Of a stretch of 34,472 bases of DNA, positions 17,160-24,490 are shown in pieces. Source of the DNA: a virus. Lineage: Duplodnaviria; Caudoviricetes. A program made the position numbers and the translations under genes. Each line of letters opens with the position of its first letter. Within the stretch, counting starts at the first letter, position 1. The stretch lies in the IMG/VR virus record IMGVR_UViG_3300044820_000076, positions 1-34,472 of that record. One strand, 5' to 3'. The notes under the pieces are model-generated. The model was given only the letters and a program-made list of their open reading frames with translations, did no database searches and was not told the origin of the DNA.

Positions 17160-17182
17160 AAAAAACATCTCCTATAATGAAA
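17153..17182 (+). promoter_or_regulatory. Cassette motif copy 12
   Basis: CTCGT at 17153, TATAATGAAA at 17173. Confidence 0.85.
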
Positions 17183-17204
17183 TCATATTCAAAAGGAGAA
17201 ACTA

Positions 17205-17477
17205 ATGGATAAAGTTAAAATTGCTAAAGTTGTTGGCAAAGGTCTTATCTCATTTTTAACGAGCGCTTCTGTAGGAGCTGTTGTTGAGAACGCTATTGAG
17301 TTCACTACCCCTGCTGGATTAAAGCCTTATAAAAAGGTTTTGGTCGCAGTTGGAAAGGTGATCATCAGTGGTATTGTCGCGACAGCCGCTACGAAGTACG
17401 TTGAGAAAGAGATGGAGACTTTTGGCAAAATCGAAGTGGTTATTACCAAATCACAGGAAGAAGAACCAAGTATATGA
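17205..17477 (+). CDS. Small membrane-associated protein, 90 aa
   Basis: AAAGGAG RBS; two hydrophobic helices. Confidence 0.8.
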   Translation: MDKVKIAKVVGKGLISFLTSASVGAVVENAIEFTTPAGLKPYKKVLVAVGKVIISGIVATAATKYVEKEMETFGKIEVVITKSQEEEPSI

Positions 17478-17483
17478 TCCCTT

Positions 17484-17519
17484 AAAAGTTGGATACTATA
17501 AACATAGTATCTAGCTTTT
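17484..17519 (+). terminator. Intrinsic terminator
   Basis: AAAAGTTGGATACTAT-AAAC-ATAGTATCTAGCTTTT. Confidence 0.85.
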
Positions 17520-17549
17520 CATTTTTCATCTTGAAAGGACAAAACACCA

Positions 17550-17930
17550 ATGGCGACTATTCTATTTTTTAATAACGAGAGATACATCAGACTCGAACAC
17601 CGAACTTTTAACATCACGAATGAATATACCAAAGTATTTAACGGCAATTCGCATCACTATTTTAAAAATGCTGGCTTGGATCTGTATTTCTTGAAACGTA
17701 CCGAAAAGTATGCCAACGATATTCTCGATGTTCAGGGGCATCTCTTTCTGAACGAGGTTTTTGACATGCTAGGATTGCCAAGAACTACCATCGGAGCTAT
17801 CGTTGGTTGGAATAAAGGCCCGGTAAACTTTGGATTACCAGAGAAGATAACAAAAAAACTTATCGAAAAGCCAGAGTTCGTCCTCAATTTCAATGTTGAT
17901 GGCGTGATTTTTGACACGATCGAATCTTGA
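17550..17930 (+). CDS. DUF6353-like C-terminal-domain-only protein
   Basis: 'YANDILDVQGHLFLNEVFDMLGLPRT..GAIVGW...FNVDGVI' closely matches the C-terminus of 19374..20273. Confidence 0.8.
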   Translation: MATILFFNNERYIRLEHRTFNITNEYTKVFNGNSHHYFKNAGLDLYFLKRTEKYANDILDVQGHLFLNEVFDMLGLPRTTIGAIVGWNKGPVNFGLPEKITKKLIEKPEFVLNFNVDGVIFDTIES

Positions 17931-17947
17931 AAGGATGATCACACCAA

Positions 17948-18127
17948 ATGACTTTTGAAGAATTTTTGAGTCATGTGCGTCGAGAAATCGGTAGTTATTG
18001 CACGGACTCATATTGGTTGTGGAAATACAATACTTTGCCAGACAAATCGGCAGAAGGTATTAAAAAAGTAACATTTCTATTGGCGGTCAATGCGATTGCC
18101 ACCGACTACTCAAGTACCTATATTTAA
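17948..18127 (+). CDS. Hypothetical protein, 59 aa
   Basis: Manually translated; TCTTGAAAGGA RBS. Confidence 0.6.
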   Translation: MTFEEFLSHVRREIGSYCTDSYWLWKYNTLPDKSAEGIKKVTFLLAVNAIATDYSSTYI

Positions 18128-18132
18128 GGAGA

Positions 18133-18795
18133 ATGATAATGACAATGCCTAAACCCGAATTTCCGGGTAACAGTTACAAAGAGCGTATGGACCCAGAGCG
18201 AAAAGCAGTGCCAGAACCAGCTCCTGAAAAGGTTGTTGGGAAGGTGGTAACTGGACGGGTTATGCGAAAAAAAAAGGGCGCGCTTGACAAATTTGCTGAG
18301 ACCTTCTTCGGTCAGTCAGCGCAGTCCGTTGGGCAGTATGTCTTATTTGACGTACTAATCCCGGCAGCAAAAGAGACTCTTGTTGACATGGTTAAGAGTG
18401 GTATCGAAATGCTCGTGCTCGGGGAAGCAAGACGGCCAGGTGTTCGCCGAGGTGATGGCCGTGATCGAACGATGGTGTCATATAATGGCCTTTTTAAAAG
18501 CGATCGCGACCGGCAACAGGATCGCAGGCCATTATCTCCTCGAAATCGAGCCACGCACAAATTTGACGAGCTTGTCTATGAGACGTATGTCGAGGCCGAC
18601 GATGTTCTGGACAAACTGCTGGAACTCATCGACATGTACGGATCGGCCAGTGTTGCTGATTTCTATGAGGCGAGTAATGTCACTGGCGATTGGATCGACC
18701 AAAAATGGGGCTGGACAAATCTTCGCAGTGCTACCAGGCAGAGGGTTCGTGAGGGATATATTCTGATATTGCCAGAGGCCGAACCTTTGGATTAG
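18133..18795 (+). CDS. Conserved-looking hypothetical phage protein
   Basis: AAGGAG RBS; C-terminal 'YGSASVADFYE...D.KWGW.NL...R.GY.L.LP' domain. The start may be 18139. Confidence 0.8.
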   Translation: MIMTMPKPEFPGNSYKERMDPERKAVPEPAPEKVVGKVVTGRVMRKKKGALDKFAETFFGQSAQSVGQYVLFDVLIPAAKETLVDMVKSGIEMLVLGEARRPGVRRGDGRDRTMVSYNGLFKSDRDRQQDRRPLSPRNRATHKFDELVYETYVEADDVLDKLLELIDMYGSASVADFYEASNVTGDWIDQKWGWTNLRSATRQRVREGYILILPEAEPLD

Positions 18796-18804
18796 GAGGA
18801 ATTA

Positions 18805-18963
18805 ATGATGAAGCACAACAATAAAAAAAATCAACGTCGTATTCGTGCCCTTGAACGCCGAGAGAAAGATCTTGAGGAACTTAATAACAAAAGTCTCTAT
18901 CAAGTACATGATCACATTCGCATCAAATCCGAAATCGCGGTACTTAAATTGTGGATAGTATAG
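18805..18963 (+). CDS. Small basic protein, 52 aa
   Basis: Manually translated; AGGAGG RBS. Confidence 0.6.
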   Translation: MMKHNNKKNQRRIRALERREKDLEELNNKSLYQVHDHIRIKSEIAVLKLWIV

Positions 18964-18964
18964 C

Positions 18965-19183
18965 ATGAAGAAGCTTTTCAAAGAAGCTATAACCACTATC
19001 TTTATTCTAACTATAATCACGTTTGTTGGAATGTACTACGTCGGCTTCACGGTCGGCGTAGTATACCTCATCAAATGGGTCATTGGTTTTAGTTGGACGG
19101 CGCCATGTTTCACACTTCTATTCATATTTCTTTTGTTATGGAAAATAGGGGATGACATTAATAAGAAAATCAGATCAAAATAA
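18965..19183 (+). CDS. Small membrane protein
   Basis: Two hydrophobic segments; compact packing. Confidence 0.7.
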   Translation: MKKLFKEAITTIFILTIITFVGMYYVGFTVGVVYLIKWVIGFSWTAPCFTLLFIFLLLWKIGDDINKKIRSK

Positions 19184-19194
19184 GAGGTAATAAT

Positions 19195-19377
19195 ATGAGT
19201 GAAGAAGATGATAGCAAAATTGACAAAGCTATAAGGACCATTAATTTGGCCTATTTTTTAAACAATCTTTTCTTAGCAAGGAGTATGCAGAAGCATCTTG
19301 AGACTCTGCAGGATAAACAGGTGTTGAGAGACAAAGAGCGCCGGGCTGAGAACGAATCAAAAAGGAGAACGAAATGA
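19195..19377 (+). CDS. Hypothetical protein
   Basis: GAGGT RBS; ATGA overlap with the next gene. Confidence 0.65.
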   Translation: MSEEDDSKIDKAIRTINLAYFLNNLFLARSMQKHLETLQDKQVLRDKERRAENESKRRTK

Positions 19378-20273
19378 TCAACTTGGGAAATTGGAAAAGC
19401 AGTTTGTATCGTGGCGCCTTAGTCGCGCAGAAATATAGCCCAGAACTTCTGATGGGACTGGGCATCGGTGGTATCATTGGCAGTACGATCTTGGCCTGCA
19501 GAGCGACACTGAAAGTGGAAGCGATCATGACCAAATCGAACGAAAACATTGCCAAAATTAACGAGGTCGTTGACAGCGGAAATCCGCTCTACACAGAGCA
19601 GGACGCGCAAAAGGACATAATGATCAATGCTGTCCAGACAGGGGCCTCCTTGGTCAGTTTATACGCTCCTGCTGCCATTCTAGGAGTTATTTCAATCTCC
19701 TGTATTCTTACTTCGCACTCGATCGTGACGAAGCGGAATTTGGCACTGATGGCGGCCTACAAAGTGGTCGACGAATCGTTCAAGCAGTATCGCGATCGCG
19801 TTGCTGCCGAGATTGGTCCTGAGAAGGAAGACCTTATTCGCCACAATACCAAGCAGACCGTGACGACCGAGACCGTCGTGAATGAGGATGGAAAAAAGGT
19901 CAAGCAGCAGAAGGTTGAGAACGTTCTTGACCTGACGAATCTAAGTCCTTATGCCAGAGTATTTGATGAGTTCTCAAAAGAATATCAGAAAAATGCTGAC
20001 ATGAACATGTTCTTCCTGATCACCAAGCAGAACTGGGCGAACGATATGCTGCACGTGCATGGCCATCTCTTCCTGAACGAGGTGTACGACATGCTCGGAA
20101 TGCCACGCAGCCAGGAAGGTGCTATCATGGGTTGGGTCCTCGGGGCCAACGGCAAAGATCAGAAAATTGACTTTGGTATTTATGCTCCAGGAAATGCCCA
20201 ATTCGTTGCTGGCTACGAGCGGGCCTGTTGGCTGGATTTCAATGTGGATGGGATCATCTGGAATTTGATCTGA
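19374..20273 (+). CDS. DUF6353-like phage protein (paralogue 2)
   Basis: 'KYSPELL.G.GI.G......AC.AT', 'ALMAAY......FKQYR.RV', 'GHLFLNEVYDMLG' and 'LDFNVDG' motifs. Confidence 0.8.
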   Translation: MINLGNWKSSLYRGALVAQKYSPELLMGLGIGGIIGSTILACRATLKVEAIMTKSNENIAKINEVVDSGNPLYTEQDAQKDIMINAVQTGASLVSLYAPAAILGVISISCILTSHSIVTKRNLALMAAYKVVDESFKQYRDRVAAEIGPEKEDLIRHNTKQTVTTETVVNEDGKKVKQQKVENVLDLTNLSPYARVFDEFSKEYQKNADMNMFFLITKQNWANDMLHVHGHLFLNEVYDMLGMPRSQEGAIMGWVLGANGKDQKIDFGIYAPGNAQFVAGYERACWLDFNVDGIIWNLI

Positions 20274-20297
20274 CTGAGGGATGGCCTGAAAGCTAAA

Positions 20298-20341
20298 GGA
20301 TCTGGGTGGTTCGAGCAAGACTTAATGGATTACCCAGATCT
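20298..20341 (+). other. Intergenic RNA hairpin without a U-tract
   Basis: GGATCTGGGTGGTTC / GGATTACCCAGATCT, 15 bp including G-U pairs. Confidence 0.55.
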
Positions 20342-20400
20342 ATATTTGTACGACGAAGGTCGTTATATTAACTACCCAAAAAAAGGAGAATTGATTTACC

Positions 20401-21240
20401 ATGGATCTGAACAAGCCGTTGAGTATGCAGGAATTAGAGACTTCGGAACCAAATTTGGTTGCGGAGAATTCCTTGAGCGAGGTGAAAGTGGCAAAACCTC
20501 GCAAGCCGCGAGCGAAAAAAGAAGAGATTCCCGTTCCACCAAGTTATAGTGAAGTAAAAATGGTACTCAAAACTTTAAAAGATGCGAAGACTGATTTGGC
20601 AGAGGACGAAAGAAAAATTCTCTATGGCGATCCGACAGCCGAAGAACCAGTTGGTATCATTAATGGTATGGCTGCCAGCGAAGTCATATTTAATGAGTGG
20701 CATCCGTCCGAGGTCAATATTGACAGCGTTATTCTTGGCGTGAGAGAAGAAGTAGAAAGCCATGGTGTAATGCTGCCCGAAACTTTGACCGATCGGATGA
20801 TTCTAGCACTGATGGCCGAAGAACACCTGACAAAAGAATCAACTAAAAAGATTCTGAAAGATGTGTTTGACGCATATTGCAAAGAGTCTTTGACCAATTG
20901 GAAGCCGACTGATCCGGCAGAACTAGAAACTCAGCATCAGAAGGAAGTCATGGCACGTCTTGCTATGGTTACAAAATTGGTGCAAGGAGTTGTTCGTGCG
21001 CCGACAGATGTGCAAACTAAAATCATTGATGCTCTTATGTCAAACGAGTCCGATAAACCTGAGCCTGAACTGAGGGCACGCCTTCGAACCGGGGCAACTC
21101 TCGTTGACACTGATACCGCCTCGGCCGACCGTGTCCAAATCAAAGCACCAACTAACCACGACCGTGTTATCTGGGAGCGCGCAAAGCGCCTGGGTATCTC
21201 TGTCTTGGATTATATTGCAACGCATTGCAAGAAAGGTTAA
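20401..21240 (+). CDS. Hypothetical protein
   Basis: AAAGGAG RBS; 279 aa. Confidence 0.8.
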   Translation: MDLNKPLSMQELETSEPNLVAENSLSEVKVAKPRKPRAKKEEIPVPPSYSEVKMVLKTLKDAKTDLAEDERKILYGDPTAEEPVGIINGMAASEVIFNEWHPSEVNIDSVILGVREEVESHGVMLPETLTDRMILALMAEEHLTKESTKKILKDVFDAYCKESLTNWKPTDPAELETQHQKEVMARLAMVTKLVQGVVRAPTDVQTKIIDALMSNESDKPEPELRARLRTGATLVDTDTASADRVQIKAPTNHDRVIWERAKRLGISVLDYIATHCKKG

Positions 21241-21245
21241 TTATT

Positions 21246-21950
21246 ATGAATATTCACACCGTTAAACTTGGTCTTATCTATATTCTTGGTGCCGCGCTTG
21301 GTGGGCTTTCCGGTGCCGCTATCGCCGATCATTTCTTCCCCGAGTGGGAAGAGACCCCTGCTGCCGAGCCTCTGCAGCCCGAGTTCAATTTCTCAAAGCC
21401 CACGATCGACGATCAGATCGATAGCAGTATGAGCGATATGCCGCATGTGATCCCGGCCGATCTGAAGAAATATAAAGGCATTGTCAAGAAAACCGACTAC
21501 GCCGCGATCAGCAAGAAGGACGACAAGGGTACGTTAGAAGAGGTTGCAAAGGAACTTTTAGGAGAAGAGGTTGTTGACGAAGTCGCAAAGCCGATGGAAC
21601 CATATCTGATCTCCTATGACACGTACGCTGTCAACACCAACGTGCAGGAAAAAAAGGTCTTTACCTATTTTGCTGTGGATAAGGTTCTAGCCGACGAGAA
21701 CAACTCGGAAGTTGCCTTTCCAAAATCAGTTTTGGGTGATGATGCTCTCGAGCGTTTTGGCGAGGAGTCGGATGACCCTGACACTGTCTATATTCGTGAT
21801 CCGATGCTCGAAGTTGATTACGAAGTAGTACGTGTCAAGCAGTCCTACAAAGTGACTGTTTTGGGTATTCCTGACGTGAAGCCCGGAAAGCAGCGCAACC
21901 TTCGCAACACCAAGAAGGTAGAAACCCATGAACCAGACGACGAGGAATAA
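21246..21950 (+). CDS. N-terminally membrane-anchored acidic protein
   Basis: TM helix, then 'PYLIS...TYFA.DKVLAD...FG..S.DPD.VYIR...DYEV'. Confidence 0.8.
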   Translation: MNIHTVKLGLIYILGAALGGLSGAAIADHFFPEWEETPAAEPLQPEFNFSKPTIDDQIDSSMSDMPHVIPADLKKYKGIVKKTDYAAISKKDDKGTLEEVAKELLGEEVVDEVAKPMEPYLISYDTYAVNTNVQEKKVFTYFAVDKVLADENNSEVAFPKSVLGDDALERFGEESDDPDTVYIRDPMLEVDYEVVRVKQSYKVTVLGIPDVKPGKQRNLRNTKKVETHEPDDEE

Positions 21951-22503
21951 GTCGGACAAAGAGATAGAGCAAAACTATTTCCTTTGGCTTTGTGATATTG
22001 TTGGTATTGGTCGGACGTCGAAAGACCGCCGGGCGAGAGAACTAGCATGGTTTTTGCATAATCGCGAGTTTACCTATTTCATCCCGAACGATGACAATCG
22101 GGCAGAAGATGGTAAAAAACTGCGTGAGCATTACTCTGATGCATTTCTTGATAGTAATGATTGTGTATGCCTTGATGGGCCGTGCACAGTGTTTGAGATG
22201 CTAGTTGCTCTTGCCAAGCGGATCGAATATCAGGTCGCAAAGCCACAGTATGAAGACCGTACATCCCTCTGGTTTTGGGGTATGGTCAACAACCTTGATC
22301 TGCAGCCATTTTTGGAAGGTGAGCCTCGGGCCGAGAGGAAAATCGAACGCAATAATATGCTGGTCGATCAACTTCTCAACAGGACATATTCTAGACTTGG
22401 CAAAGGCGGACTTTTCCCTCTGAGGAGATCTGCGCAAGATCAGAGGAAGATAGAAATCTGGTACCAAATGATGGCATATTTGGAAGAGAACTACGTGGAT
22501 TAG
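21928..22503 (+). CDS. Conserved-looking hypothetical phage protein
   Basis: 'YFLWL', 'DDNRAEDG..LR', 'C.VFEMLVALA', 'GGLFP' and 'EIWYQM..YL' motifs. Confidence 0.8.
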   Translation: MNQTTRNKSDKEIEQNYFLWLCDIVGIGRTSKDRRARELAWFLHNREFTYFIPNDDNRAEDGKKLREHYSDAFLDSNDCVCLDGPCTVFEMLVALAKRIEYQVAKPQYEDRTSLWFWGMVNNLDLQPFLEGEPRAERKIERNNMLVDQLLNRTYSRLGKGGLFPLRRSAQDQRKIEIWYQMMAYLEENYVD

Positions 22504-22529
22504 GTTTGAAATTTTGAAGGGAGTTTAAG

Positions 22530-22964
22530 ATGAAAAAAGTAGAAATTGGTTTTACGTTTTTAAAGATTCTGATGTGCTTGCTGGCCTTTGTGATGATCAT
22601 GTCTGACTGTTCACCAGCAGATGTGGCATCACAAAACCTGTCGACGGCTGCCGATAGTTTCCAGGTTGATCGCCGTATTGTCTTCGTCAATGGGATTACT
22701 GACAAATACCTGATGACGATCGAAGGAAAATGCTCGCTTGGAAATAGCGATCCGGCCCGTGAGATATCTGTTACCTGCAAAACCGGAGTTGATGCGGCTG
22801 GTAACCCTGTATTTAAAAAGGCCTTCTGGGGTCTGAGCGATAACGTATTCTATATGGTCGAGCAGATCGACGGTTACGCAACGGATGATTTCCACTACAC
22901 GGTCATATTCCGGCCTGAAGTGGTTATTCCAAACATTCAGGTGAAGACGAGCGGAAATAAGTAA
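22530..22964 (+). CDS. Lipoprotein-like beta-rich exported phage protein
   Basis: Signal-like N-terminus ending in Cys (weak lipobox MSDC); 'S.NLS.AAD.F.V.RRIVF.NGITD.YL..IEG.CS'. Confidence 0.7.
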   Translation: MKKVEIGFTFLKILMCLLAFVMIMSDCSPADVASQNLSTAADSFQVDRRIVFVNGITDKYLMTIEGKCSLGNSDPAREISVTCKTGVDAAGNPVFKKAFWGLSDNVFYMVEQIDGYATDDFHYTVIFRPEVVIPNIQVKTSGNK

Positions 22965-22977
22965 ATATTAAGTGCAT

Positions 22978-23054
22978 CGCCATTGCTTACTGGCGAGCTG
23001 GACAGTGTAACCGGCCTGGGAGGGGCGACCCGCACCAGTAAAAAGCGGGAAGCT
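22978..23054 (+). ncRNA. GC-rich structured RNA leader upstream of the tRNA-like element
   Basis: Hairpins TCGCCA/TGGCGA, GCTGG/CCGGC and CTGG..GGG-GCGA-CCC..CCAG, with alternative pairing CCCGC/GCGGG. Confidence 0.5.
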
Positions 23055-23055
23055 A

Positions 23056-23146
23056 GGGGATGCAAGCGGCAGTTGGGAAGCCGACCGTCTGATCAACGGG
23101 GCGACGTGATAAGTTGCCAGGTTAGGTCCGAATCCTATCGTCCCCA
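23056..23146 (+). tRNA. Atypical tRNA-like element with a long variable arm and apparent anticodon GAT
   Basis: Acceptor GGGGATG/CGTCCCC+A; D-arm CGGC/GCCG with GG in the loop; anticodon arm CCGT-CTGATCA-ACGG; variable arm GGCGAC/GTTGCC; T-arm TAGG-TCCGAAT-CCTA. Confidence 0.65.
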
Positions 23147-23183
23147 TTTTTGAGTACCATATTTTCTTGAAAGGAGAATACCG

Positions 23184-23495
23184 ATGTTAGTAATTGCTAG
23201 ACCAAGAGGTTCTGGTAAGACAACAGAACTCATTAAGATGTCAGCTAAAAACTGGATATACATTGTAGTTAAAGATCATCGCACTGCTTACAGAACGATG
23301 GAAATGGCTAAACGAATGGAATTAGAAATACCATTTCCTTTGACTTTTGAAGAGTATATTAATGGCCAATTTAGCATCACGATCAGTAAAGTCTTGATTG
23401 ATGATGCTGAATTTTTACTTCAAGAGGTGGCTGGACGTAGAAGACCAACAATACAAGCAATAACTATATCTACTGGAACCGATTACGAGGAATAG
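23184..23495 (+). CDS. Miniature P-loop NTPase-like protein (terminase/helicase ATPase-like)
   Basis: Walker A 'ARPRGSGKTT' and Walker B-like 'VLIDD' in only 103 aa. Confidence 0.7.
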   Translation: MLVIARPRGSGKTTELIKMSAKNWIYIVVKDHRTAYRTMEMAKRMELEIPFPLTFEEYINGQFSITISKVLIDDAEFLLQEVAGRRRPTIQAITISTGTDYEE

Positions 23496-23498
23496 AAA

Positions 23499-23876
23499 AT
23501 GACCATATATCGTGAATTACTTGCTACCACTAATCAAGTTGGTGGCGATGTGCTTTCTGAGGAATGCTTGAAGAAGATGGCTGAACAGATGAATAATGGA
23601 CTTATTCCAGTGACATTGAATTACAATCATATTCCTGTCGGTAAAATAACCGGAGGAAAAATCACAGAAGAAGGTCTTATTGCTACATTTGATCTCTGTA
23701 ATTTAGTATTAGGTGATATTGTATATCTTGTGCCGGGTATTCGTGTCATTGAGATGCATAAGAAAGGTGACGTTCGGGTTATTGATGAGGGTAAGATTTA
23801 TGAGACTCCACTTGTATTTTATCCGGCAGATACCAAATTGACACCAGTTGAGAAAAGAGAGGACGACTTTGGATAA
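23499..23876 (+). CDS. HK97-type prohead-protease-like protein, probably inactive
   Basis: 'GDV.....L...IPV.LNYNH.PVG.....EEGL' and 'RVI.E..IYETPLV.YPA' follow the protease pattern; the catalytic Ser motif appears as LVPG. Confidence 0.55.
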   Translation: MTIYRELLATTNQVGGDVLSEECLKKMAEQMNNGLIPVTLNYNHIPVGKITGGKITEEGLIATFDLCNLVLGDIVYLVPGIRVIEMHKKGDVRVIDEGKIYETPLVFYPADTKLTPVEKREDDFG

Positions 23877-23882
23877 TATTAT

Positions 23883-24266
23883 ATGAAAAACCACATAGTC
23901 TATATTACAATGATGTGTTGTGGGGAAGTAATGAATGAAATATGGGAAGAAGATAAGAGAATAGCATGTGTCTGCCAAATCTGTAAAAAGAAATGGACAC
24001 CAACTCCAATATCCGAACCCATTATCACATATAAAAAGTTTACCATCATACCAAGAGGTTCTGGTAAGAGTTTAACGTCGACGTTATTTTATGAAACTGC
24101 AGAAAAAATTGCGGCTATTACCAGTATGTCAGCAATGGATGTACTAGACAAAGTATATCAACTATCACAAACCACTCCTTATAGCATCTATGATATTCTT
24201 AGCAGTATGTACGACAAGGCGCTTAGAGGAGAAGATCTGGATAGTATCATAATGGGGCTAAAATGA
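23883..24266 (+). CDS. Hypothetical chimeric protein (Cys-rich N-terminus, PRGSGKS motif)
   Basis: CC..CxCxxC followed by 'IIPRGSGKS'. Confidence 0.65.
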   Translation: MKNHIVYITMMCCGEVMNEIWEEDKRIACVCQICKKKWTPTPISEPIITYKKFTIIPRGSGKSLTSTLFYETAEKIAAITSMSAMDVLDKVYQLSQTTPYSIYDILSSMYDKALRGEDLDSIIMGLK

Positions 24267-24318
24267 TTCTAATAAAAAGGAGAACATGTAATTATATTGC
24301 GGGATGGTGAGTATTAGG

Positions 24319-24345
24319 CTCGTAGAAAAAACGTGGCATAGATAG
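24319..24345 (+). promoter_or_regulatory. Degenerate cassette motif copy
   Basis: CTCGTAGAAAAAAC matches copies 9 and 12; the TATAAT box is degenerate (CATAGAT). Confidence 0.45.
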
Positions 24346-24473
24346 GGATGGTAGAATACTAAGGAAATTGAATAAGAGCATATATCGATAGCCCTTTTCC
24401 TTGACTTCATAACTCGGATCGACGAGAGTTTCGCTTAATATGAGGCGTCTACTATCCCTTTTTATGCTACGTT
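24330..24473 (+). ncRNA. Candidate structured RNA D (about 144 nt)
   Basis: 26-position closing stem 24330-24355/24448-24473 (three G-U pairs, one mismatch); inner stems AAGGAAA/TTTCCTT, CTTCATA/TATGAGG and AACTC/GAGTT. Confidence 0.7.
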
Positions 24474-24490
24474 GATGATTTTTGATGAAA

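Noticed and set aside
20270-20295. Hammerhead-like CTGACTGAG...GAAA
   Set aside because: The core has an extra nucleotide relative to CUGANGA, stem II is weak, and no stem III or UH cleavage site can be formed.
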